DNA from: a virus
DNA length: 64,000 nucleotides
Reading direction: 5' to 3' (one strand)
IMG/VR virus record: IMGVR_UViG_3300026521_000527
Span: 1 to 64,000 of that record
In this document: positions 30,110 to 39,400 of the stretch, piece after piece
Numbering within the stretch: the first letter of the stretch is position 1
Layout: the number at the start of each line of letters is the position of its first letter
Program-made: the position numbers and the translations under genes
The notes under the pieces: model-generated
The model's database searches: none
The model's input: the letters and a program-made list of their open reading frames with translations, nothing else
Told to the model about the DNA's origin: nothing

Positions 30110-32302
30110 TTATAATAATATATTTTCATCTGGAGATGAATCATTAAGTAACATATCATGAAAATATTTGGGGCGAGGTCTCATTAATATTTCATAATAC
30201 CTACTAATTGATTCAAGATGATCAAAAATATTATTTTGAGTTATAAGGCAACCCATTAAATAATATTTATTGAGAGGTCTTTCAGTATTTATAATTGCTG
30301 AGCCGAAGTCTCTGTGGATTTTATTGAATTTCTTAAATATCGAAATTCTTTTCTCCTTATCTTTATATTTAATTTCTAAATTTTCCGCTGGCCCTTCATC
30401 TCGATGAATTTCGCCAAATTGACAATAAGTTGATTTCTTTATAGATTTTACAGATCCGTCATTTAAAACTATATTTTTTTGACTGCACTTAGCTGGCCCG
30501 CTATCACGATGCAAGTACCCAAATCTACAATAAGTTATTTTTTTAAAAATAATATTATTATATTTCTCAAGTGGACTTAACGAAGTTGATGTTTGAGTAA
30601 TAATTTCAGCCGGCCCGTCCTCATTATGAATAATGTTATGATAATAAAACCTTTCTGTTTTTTTCACAACATTTGGGCTGGATGAATCTTTTATAATTAC
30701 AGCCGGATCATTTTTTCTATGCAATTTGCCAAATTGCCAATATTTTTTACGATAGTATATTTCATTACCATTTTCATCCAACCGACGATAAATTGATGCT
30801 GGTAAGTCCCCATTGCGATGTAAATGATTAAATTGATAATATTCTATCGTACTTTCAAATTCACTATGTTTTACCAGAGCTGGCCCATTATCTCGATGTA
30901 GATACCCAAATTTTAAAAACAGTGATGTTTTATTGGAATCATTTTCGATGATAATTGCAGGACCATCTTCTCGATGAATTTTTCCAAATTGTATCCATAT
31001 TTGAGTTCTTTGGAACTCTTTTCCAGATGAATTGTATATGATTCTTTCATAAGCTGGTCCATCATCTGAGTGAAGTTTAAACATTTTAAACTTCCAAATT
31101 GTCTTAAAAGTATATCCATCAATATCTGGATAATTCCCTGATGATTCAATCAATGTAGTCTCATAATCATCGTGTAAATTAACAACATCATTTCTGGTAG
31201 GATATTTATTTTTATCAAATATATCAATTTCAACTAAATTTTTAGGTACTAATATATTATGTAAACAATTAGCTGCAAAATCATCAATTAGGTATCTCTT
31301 CACGAGTTCAATCATTTTAACTCGCTCCAACTCTTGTCGTTCTTCGAATGATAATTTATAGAACTCATGTTGAGTAAAATTTTCACCAGCAATATAGAAC
31401 AGATCTTGAGGAGGTTCATTAAACCTCCTGACGACATTGATTACCGCCGGACCATCTATTCTTGAATACACACCCATTTTATAATATTTTTCTACAGTTG
31501 ATATACAATCATCCTGTGTTTTAGATTCAGTGATAAAAGCTGGCCCATTTAATCGGTGATATTTATCAAATCTAAAATATTCTTCCCTTTTAAAACCTTT
31601 AGATGAAGTCAATATTGATGATCTTGATACTGTATCAATATCCGAATGCAAACAATAGAATTTTATATAAGAGTAAAATATTATTTCATCACCTTCTTGA
31701 TTAACTATAGCTGGGCCATTTTCTCTATGTGTGTAATCAAATTGAGCAAATCTTATTGTTTTTTCGAAACCATTTGCGAAAATTCTAGACGGTCCTGAAT
31801 CTCTATGTTCTAAACCAAACTGATAATAATTTTCCGAATTTATTTCTCCTTGATAATCATACTCAATTACAGCTGGCCCATCTTTTCGATGACATAGATT
31901 AAATTGAGCAAATCTTTTAGTTTTTATTACTCCGTCTGGGTAATAAAAAATTAAAGCTGGTTTATTATCGACTGGTGCATGTAAATCACCAAATAGAAAT
32001 CTAGCTTGTTTTTTTAAATAAGCATAACCAGCAGATGTATTCCATTCAATAACAGCTGGTGTAAATCGATGATGCCTATATCCAAATTGATAATACTCTT
32101 TAGACATTTCATCAATCCAAGCAGGACCATCATCTCGATGAATTAGATCGAATTTAAATGTTGCTAGAGCATCTTGTTCTTCAGTCTCAATATAAACTGA
32201 AGATCTAAAATTATCTGGAGTATGATCCATACCGAACATTTTTGGCATTAATCTTGCTTTTGGGTTGTGTTCTAAACCGAACACTTTATTTTTATTTCCC
32301 AT
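30110..32302 (-). CDS. HRxDGPA repeat protein 4 (730 aa)
   Basis: About 18 repeats; AAGGGGA RBS. Confidence 0.8.
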   Translation of the reverse strand: MGNKNKVFGLEHNPKARLMPKMFGMDHTPDNFRSSVYIETEEQDALATFKFDLIHRDDGPAWIDEMSKEYYQFGYRHHRFTPAVIEWNTSAGYAYLKKQARFLFGDLHAPVDNKPALIFYYPDGVIKTKRFAQFNLCHRKDGPAVIEYDYQGEINSENYYQFGLEHRDSGPSRIFANGFEKTIRFAQFDYTHRENGPAIVNQEGDEIIFYSYIKFYCLHSDIDTVSRSSILTSSKGFKREEYFRFDKYHRLNGPAFITESKTQDDCISTVEKYYKMGVYSRIDGPAVINVVRRFNEPPQDLFYIAGENFTQHEFYKLSFEERQELERVKMIELVKRYLIDDFAANCLHNILVPKNLVEIDIFDKNKYPTRNDVVNLHDDYETTLIESSGNYPDIDGYTFKTIWKFKMFKLHSDDGPAYERIIYNSSGKEFQRTQIWIQFGKIHREDGPAIIIENDSNKTSLFLKFGYLHRDNGPALVKHSEFESTIEYYQFNHLHRNGDLPASIYRRLDENGNEIYYRKKYWQFGKLHRKNDPAVIIKDSSSPNVVKKTERFYYHNIIHNEDGPAEIITQTSTSLSPLEKYNNIIFKKITYCRFGYLHRDSGPAKCSQKNIVLNDGSVKSIKKSTYCQFGEIHRDEGPAENLEIKYKDKEKRISIFKKFNKIHRDFGSAIINTERPLNKYYLMGCLITQNNIFDHLESISRYYEILMRPRPKYFHDMLLNDSSPDENILL

Positions 32303-32341
32303 TTTTATCCCCTTTTTTTAAATATAAAAAATAGTTGTTTT

Positions 32342-32366
32342 AGGATCTGCGTAAAACACAGATCCT
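32342..32366. terminator. intergenic hairpin
   Basis: aggatctg-cgtaaaaca-cagatcct. Confidence 0.4.
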
Positions 32367-32370
32367 TTTT

Positions 32371-32607
32371 TCATTTTTTAACCGAATTCTTACATCTTTT
32401 CGGCAATCCGGTCTTTTTATCGAATATAGGGGCCATTCCTGTATTTAATACAGCTATATACAAAAAATCATGAGAGCAGATTTCTCTACCCTCAACAACA
32501 CTAACTTTGTCAGTTTTCATAACAGTATTAATTATTATGAAAATAATGACTGGCATTATTATAATGCCAGTCAATGCTAATATTATCTCTTTATTTTTAT
32601 TTCCCAT
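32371..32607 (-). CDS. small membrane-anchored protein (78 aa)
   Basis: N-terminal transmembrane helix; C-terminal LYI..GMAPIFDKKTGLP. Confidence 0.6.
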   Translation of the reverse strand: MGNKNKEIILALTGIIIMPVIIFIIINTVMKTDKVSVVEGREICSHDFLYIAVLNTGMAPIFDKKTGLPKRCKNSVKK

Positions 32608-32619
32608 TTTTATCCCCCC

Positions 32620-32934
32620 TTAAATTTCTGTTAATCTTGATCTCTTGGGATCAAAGTCAAAGACTTTAATCCCTTCCTGGAAGTACGAAAGCTCGCGAAG
32701 AGCTTTCACAATATGGATTATAATATCCTCATAATCTATATTGTCTTCACCAATTAGTGGTAGATTAATACCACCACATAAATAACCCTCGTACGGGAGT
32801 TGTTCATATTTTACTACAACTCTAATCTTTTTAGACTGGGGGTTGTAGATTTTTATCTCAACCCCCTGACAAGACACCCCTTGGAAGGGTTGTCTTGTGT
32901 AATCGACCTCAGTTTTCAATGTGAGGATTTTCAT
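32620..32934 (-). CDS. hypothetical protein (104 aa)
   Basis: AAAGGAG RBS after leader repeat copy 2. Confidence 0.6.
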   Translation of the reverse strand: MKILTLKTEVDYTRQPFQGVSCQGVEIKIYNPQSKKIRVVVKYEQLPYEGYLCGGINLPLIGEDNIDYEDIIIHIVKALRELSYFQEGIKVFDFDPKRSRLTEI

Positions 32935-33043
32935 CTTTTCTCCTTTAAAAAATAAAAAAAATTAGCCTATTTTGGGCAACCTTAAAGAACTTACCCGATG
33001 TAAGTTCAATATAATTATTTATATACTAAATTAAGTAATTCTA
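32932..33043 (-). promoter_or_regulatory. promoter/leader direct repeat, copy 2
   Basis: TAGAAT-N10-AGTATATAAATAATTATA, hairpin GAACTTAC-ATCGG-GTAAGTTC, GCC..GGC hairpin plus U-tract, RBS. Confidence 0.75.
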
Positions 33044-33094
33044 ATTTTTTAGGAGGGGCAAAAACAAAGAGCTGTTATTTCAATATAAAGGAAA

Positions 33095-33985
33095 GTGATG
33101 ACAGATATTGCACCAAATTTAGATAATTTGAATCTCGATCTTCGAGGAACTTGGAATGAAGCAGTTGATACTCAAATTATGCAATTAGCAGAACAGTATA
33201 GTCAAACAGAAAACGTAAAAAATATTTTATTTAATTGGCATAAAAATATTACAACCGGTATTAGATATTCATACAGCCCACATATTAATGGATTCTATAT
33301 GGTTTTTATGCAACATGGAACTTGGTACGACGATTATTTAGCCTATATGAAAGAACATAAAAGTGGAGATAGTTTAACACTAAGTCAGCTCCCAGACACA
33401 AATTTCGATTTAAAAAAAACATTTCCAATTTTAGCAACAGATATAGATCTTCCAGATATTACTAAAGAATATATTACTGTATCAAGTAGACTTAGAAATA
33501 GTTTCGTGGCGGCAAGAGATTACTTTGTGTCAGATTTCACTGTAAGTTATATTGAAAATATAAATATGGATGTTATGCGATATCATGAAGCATGGAATAA
33601 ATATATCACTCTTGCTAAAACAGGAGCACTTAATAATAAATCTAATATTTTAAATTGCAGTACTCAAAAACTCAATAGTGATTATTTTATAGATGTTCCT
33701 TATGCTAATGCTATTTGGATTGCAGTCTTTAAACCATTTACAACAGATATACAACTCCTTATAAAAATCATGGGAGTAATGCCAGTCAATAATCCATTAA
33801 AACAACTCATTGGTAATAGAAGTCAGTCAAAAATGACTGTACTGAATTTATCTTATAAAGGTGCAGATATGTTTTATAAATTTTATGATGGAACTGAGCA
33901 AGTTTATAATGATCCTGGTGTTTTAGCAACATCATTTAAAAGGGAAATACTTGATCTTGAGGCAAACGCCTATACTAAAAAATAA
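33095..33985 (+). CDS. probable tail-tube-like baseplate protein (tube initiator)
   Basis: ATDIDLPD..DFTVSYIE..KIMGVMP resembles the tube fold; directly precedes the wedge gene. Confidence 0.45.
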   Translation: MMTDIAPNLDNLNLDLRGTWNEAVDTQIMQLAEQYSQTENVKNILFNWHKNITTGIRYSYSPHINGFYMVFMQHGTWYDDYLAYMKEHKSGDSLTLSQLPDTNFDLKKTFPILATDIDLPDITKEYITVSSRLRNSFVAARDYFVSDFTVSYIENINMDVMRYHEAWNKYITLAKTGALNNKSNILNCSTQKLNSDYFIDVPYANAIWIAVFKPFTTDIQLLIKIMGVMPVNNPLKQLIGNRSQSKMTVLNLSYKGADMFYKFYDGTEQVYNDPGVLATSFKREILDLEANAYTKK

Positions 33986-34002
33986 AAAGGAAACGAGTAA
34001 TA

Positions 34003-36459
34003 ATGCAATCTACATTTAATCAAACTCTTGATAAATATGAAGATATCGTTCGTATAAATATGAAAGTTACGAACCCAACTCTTCTTAAATCGGGGACGCT
34101 TGGAGTTATTACTAACTATATAGCTAATTTAAAATTCGATACTTATCAGTACTATACTAAAATTTTTAAAGAAATGAATATAGGATTGGCTGAGGATTTT
34201 AAAAGTCTTCTTTTCCATAGCACAATATACGATACAGAAATCGAATTGGCGAAGCCAGCGACTTTCGGAGTTAGTTTTATTATACCTGAGATTAACCTCA
34301 GTGAAATTAAGTACTTAAAATACATTATTCCAAAGAATAAAGAATTTACATCAAGAGAAGGAATCCCTTTTATAATCGAAGATGAAATAATTATTGAAAT
34401 AAGTCAGAATAATATTATAGCGTATACTTGGAGTGAGATTAATGGTAAACAGGAATTGACTGTCATTAATACTCAGAATCCCAACTCCCCAGGAACGACA
34501 GTAAATCTAATAAATTATAATAATGTTAGACAGTATCAAAGAACATTTTATAAATTTATAGTCCCAAAATATGATGTCGGGGAGACTTTTAACTTCAGTG
34601 TTACAATTCAAGATTATAAAATGTTTAAGAAATTAAATGCATGGTATAATCCAGATCCAAAAAATAATCCAATTAAATTATTCGAATTGCAAAATCAAAA
34701 CTCAGAAGACATAATGAGTTTATTTGAACTCAAAGATTTTGATATAAAATATTATAATTATGGATCTTCTAGATATGATCTTGACTTATTTTTAGATATC
34801 CAGCCAACTTCATTAAGATTAACGACTGGTAATGGTATTAATGGAATGCTTTTGCAACCAGATTCTGAAATAATAATTGAGAGTCAATTAACGCTAGGTG
34901 AGCAAGGAAATTTACCAAACATGGAATTTCTAGTTGAAGATATAATTATCCAAGAATTCAATCTAGATAATAAAATTCAATCTTACACTGGAAATATTAA
35001 TGGATTATCTATTGCTGGCGGAACTGGTGGTCAGAATATTCAAGATGTTAAAGATATTCGTAGAAATATATTTGATAAAATATCAACACGAAATTCAATT
35101 ATAACCGAAAATGATTATGAGAAATCATTTGCTTATAATGGAGTTGAGCCTTTTGTCGATGCGAAATTTATAGATGCAAAATCATATATATTTTTATTTA
35201 ATGTATTAAAATCGCAAGATATTATTATTGACACAACCTCAATAAATATTCAAGAGTATATTATAGCAAATGATCCGTTCTATCCAAAATACGATTACAA
35301 TGGAAAAGAATTAATATCTCCCTTTTATTTTAAAAGAGTAAATACTAATGAAACTGAGGGATATATTGTCAATCCAGATGTAATATTAACTTTAACTTCT
35401 CCTGCTGGGACACCGAAAGAAACATCAATTGAATATTTAGTAAGCCTAAGTATTCAATATGACTTCAGTGCCAGAAAAACATATATAACCATTAAAGATG
35501 GTGCTAAATCAGGAACTACTTATAATTTTAAAAGTTCTGTGTTCAACTGCACTCTAGACTTTGGTAATAATTATAAATATGAAGTTAATACTAGATACAC
35601 AGATACGTATTGTATTATTAGAGACATCCTTAGAGATGTTCGTCTAGATGTTTATAATGAAGACGGTGCTTTTATTACAACATATTATGCTTTCGGTGAG
35701 TGGACACAATTAATAAAAAAACAGACATTTTTTAAATATTATAAGCATATTCCAGAACTAGAAGGTGTTGATGTTTATACGTCAGATGATGCATATTCGT
35801 ATTTGGATAATGCATTGGCAGATATATTAAACGATATTAATGAATTGGTGGCGGCCACTAAAGACCAAGGAGATGTTCCGTACTTATTAAGAGTTCCGTT
35901 CATAGACATTGAATTTTTTAATAGAACAGACTGGTTGGAATTTTATAGGTTAATTGATAATTTTTTTATGGTGGATTCATTGTATCCTAGAATTTCGTAC
36001 AATACGCGTGTTGCTCAAGCATTTTATAATACAATTGACATACCTGAGGTTTACCAACCGCTAATTTTTAAACAAACGTCTATGGGGGTAATGGATAAAC
36101 CCAAAATGAATGTTGAATTGGGCATAGTGATCGATGAGCAAAATCTTCTTTTATCAAAATTCAATAGTATTTTTGATTTTGAGATAGAAGTAAAATTAGA
36201 CATTGTAAATTATTTAAAAGACTATGAAGGTTTCAAAGTTGAGTTTTTTGAGACTGAACTCGAGACTTTTTTATACGGAAAATATAATTCGATAATTAGA
36301 AATATAGAATTAAAAAGTCCAAAGATGTTTAAAATTAACTCAGCTGATGAAATTTTTGCATTGATTAATGAAAATTTAGACTTAGATCATATGTTAAATT
36401 TCGTACCGAATTATTTTTCATATGATTATAATTCAATTCATATAGATATTACAACTTAG
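34003..36459 (+). CDS. baseplate wedge protein (T4 gp6/baseplate J-like)
   Basis: GGTGGQNIQDVKDIRRNIFDKISTRNSIITENDYE matches GG.D.E..IR..RAVT..DY; N-terminal EMNIGLAEDFKSLLFHS. Confidence 0.75.
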   Translation: MQSTFNQTLDKYEDIVRINMKVTNPTLLKSGTLGVITNYIANLKFDTYQYYTKIFKEMNIGLAEDFKSLLFHSTIYDTEIELAKPATFGVSFIIPEINLSEIKYLKYIIPKNKEFTSREGIPFIIEDEIIIEISQNNIIAYTWSEINGKQELTVINTQNPNSPGTTVNLINYNNVRQYQRTFYKFIVPKYDVGETFNFSVTIQDYKMFKKLNAWYNPDPKNNPIKLFELQNQNSEDIMSLFELKDFDIKYYNYGSSRYDLDLFLDIQPTSLRLTTGNGINGMLLQPDSEIIIESQLTLGEQGNLPNMEFLVEDIIIQEFNLDNKIQSYTGNINGLSIAGGTGGQNIQDVKDIRRNIFDKISTRNSIITENDYEKSFAYNGVEPFVDAKFIDAKSYIFLFNVLKSQDIIIDTTSINIQEYIIANDPFYPKYDYNGKELISPFYFKRVNTNETEGYIVNPDVILTLTSPAGTPKETSIEYLVSLSIQYDFSARKTYITIKDGAKSGTTYNFKSSVFNCTLDFGNNYKYEVNTRYTDTYCIIRDILRDVRLDVYNEDGAFITTYYAFGEWTQLIKKQTFFKYYKHIPELEGVDVYTSDDAYSYLDNALADILNDINELVAATKDQGDVPYLLRVPFIDIEFFNRTDWLEFYRLIDNFFMVDSLYPRISYNTRVAQAFYNTIDIPEVYQPLIFKQTSMGVMDKPKMNVELGIVIDEQNLLLSKFNSIFDFEIEVKLDIVNYLKDYEGFKVEFFETELETFLYGKYNSIIRNIELKSPKMFKINSADEIFALINENLDLDHMLNFVPNYFSYDYNSIHIDITT

Positions 36460-36477
36460 AATAGGAGATGACCAGAT

Positions 36478-39400
36478 ATGGCAGATTTTGATAATAGTAT
36501 AGAAGATTATGGAAATGATACACAGACAGATTCATCAGGTGATGCATACCTTGACCAATCTGTTAGCTCGATGACTATTGAAGATTTAAAAAATTATATA
36601 GATTATTTAATTACCAGAAGTGGAATATTAACGGCTGATGAAATAGAGGCTAAAGTTCAAGAAATTGCCAGAGCATCTGGTATGATGTCAGTGCAGGAAA
36701 TTCAAAATCTAGTAATGCTTACGCTAAATAATGCTCAAGCTTTGACTAGAGATACTGCTGAAGAAATAATCAATCTTAAAGTTGCTAAAGCAATCCTTGA
36801 TTTAAATGATAATAAAGATTTTATCGCTGATGTAAAATCTCAATTAGAGTTAGAAATAAACAGAGTTCGTGAAGAACTCAATTCAGCTAGAAATGATTTC
36901 CAAGCAACTGAAGATGACTTGGAATTGGTAAAACAAGAGTTCAAATTCAACCAAGAGAATGTAAAAAGAAGTCTAAATCTTTTCGAAAGTCTTTTGAATA
37001 GTTCTCTTGAAAATAAAGAAGTTTATAATTTATTATCAATTGAAAGAAATACAAGAGCTACTCAGATTGATGAAGTTAGAACAGATATTTCTACAATCGA
37101 GTCAAAATTAACTGAAACATTTAATAGTATAGAAAAAAAGTTAAATTCCCAAGGCAATCTTTTTAAAATCCAGGATACTAACCTTAAAAATACTCTTGAT
37201 ATTCTTAAAACAGAATTCGAGGGCAAAATTAAGTTAATTGAGAATGAAGTTCGTGATGCTGGTGAGATGCTAAGTAGTCTAATGCTTAGCACATCTGATT
37301 TAACATCGAAACTTCAAGCAATTAACTCAATCGATATGACTGAAGATGGTAATGTAATAATTGCATTCCAAGATCAAGTTGATGGGATTCAAACAGATAT
37401 TAATAATTTAACTATAGAATTACAAGAAGCAGTAAGTAATCTCACGCAAGCTAGTTCTAAATTTTCGGATTTAGAGTCAAATGTTCAAAATGAACTCATT
37501 GCTAATAAAACTCTTTTGGTTTCTGAGCTTTCGAATATCAGTGGGCGTCTAGATATGGAAACTCAAGATAGAAAATCACATGATAATGCTATTTTAAACG
37601 CTTGGGTAGATTACACAACAGATGTTAATTCTAAAATCCAATTAATGAATTCAGAAATTAATAAACTTAGTACTCAACTAAATGAATTCCCTAGAGTTCT
37701 TGATGAACTTATTCAAGTTGAGCAAGAAGTTAGAATTAAATCTGATGAGACTCTTTTGACTAAAATGAATGTCGAGCTTCAAAAAATTAGAGATAATATT
37801 GATAATACAACCCTAAGAACAGATATTGAATTACTTAGCCAAAGATTATCAAGAGCAATTGAGAAGTATGATAAAGCAATTGTTCAAGAAATCAAGCTTA
37901 TGTTTGATACAATAAATAATGAACTTGTTAATGTAAAGAGTGATATTGAACTCAATAAATCAATTCAAAATGGAAATCTTAGAACTGAATCTACTTTAAG
38001 AGAACAAGGCGATTCAAATCTAAATCAATTGATTCAATTAGAGTCAAGTATTCGTCAAACGAGGGTTCAAGAAATAACTAATCTGGCTAATAAATTAGCT
38101 GAAGATGTTAATAGGCTTCAAATTGCAGTAGGTTCTGGAGATAATACTAATATACAAGATGCTGTTGATTCATTAAATGCCAGATATTTAAATGTTTTTA
38201 ATACAATTAATGAGTCTAAAGATAAATTTACAAAAGATATTACTAAATTAACTCTAGATTTTAAAAATCTGGATGATATCGTAACTACATTCAAAGAAAC
38301 ACTTCTTGATAATATTAAATCAGAAGCTGACGCAAGACTCGCAGGTGACAATGGAATTCAAGTGATTCTTAATAAATTATTGACTGATTTTAATAATTTT
38401 ATTGGTATTCTGGATCCTTCGAAAGTTAGTCTATCTAAAGTTTATGATACTATTGAGTCAGTCAGAACTGAACTCAATAAATTTAAAATAGATTTCGATG
38501 ACAATATCGAGTTAAAAATCAACTTAATCAATACATCTCTTGATGAAATTAAAAATACTCAAAGAGCTTATTCTAAAGATATTCAAACCGAAATACAGGC
38601 TAGAGAGACAGCTGACTTGAACTTAGATTCTAAAATTAGAATTGTAGATAATAAATTACCTGAATTAAGAGCAGAATTGAGTTCAGAATTAAGAATTCTT
38701 GAGTCAAATCTAACTGATTCAGTAAGTAAATTGACAAGCGACTTAGCTATTGAAACACAGGTGCGTGAAGATGGAGATGCTTCAAGAGAAGCTGATTTCA
38801 ATGCTTTTAAAGATAACGTTGATCTTAAACTAAATAATTTTAATACCGCTCTAAGTACTGAGCAAGCCGACAGATTAAATAGCATATCTGATCTTACTAA
38901 TTCAATCAATAGAGAAGTTCAAGAAAGAACAGAAGTTGTTACTAATATTGAAATAGCTATCGCTAATGAAACACAAGCAAGAGCCAAAGGTGATGCCGAT
39001 CTTAAAAAATTAATCCAAGCACAGAACGCTACAATTCAAAGTATTCTATCAAGTGAAAGTGAAATAGATCTTGAAAACCTCCAAGCAGTTTTAGATATTG
39101 TAAAATATTTAAATGAAAATCCAGACGCTAATCCAACAGCCGAACTTCTAGAAGGGTTGCATTCAATAGAAGAAAATTTAACAACTTTAGTTGAAAATGA
39201 AGCTCAGTTAAGAACACAAGCCGATGGTATTTTAGACGGTAAAATTGGATCATTGAATTCAAAAGTTCTTGAAGAAGCTCAAAAGAATATAGAAGAATTC
39301 AGTAGAGTTAGAAATGAACTTAACACATCTGTTCAAGATTTAATTACTAAAATAGATGCTAGCCTTGTATCAGCAACTGATTTAATTAATACTGAAAAAC

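Noticed and set aside
24704-32302. Diversity-generating retroelement acting on the repeat genes
   Set aside because: No reverse transcriptase in the window, no non-coding template repeat, and differences between copies are not confined to adenines
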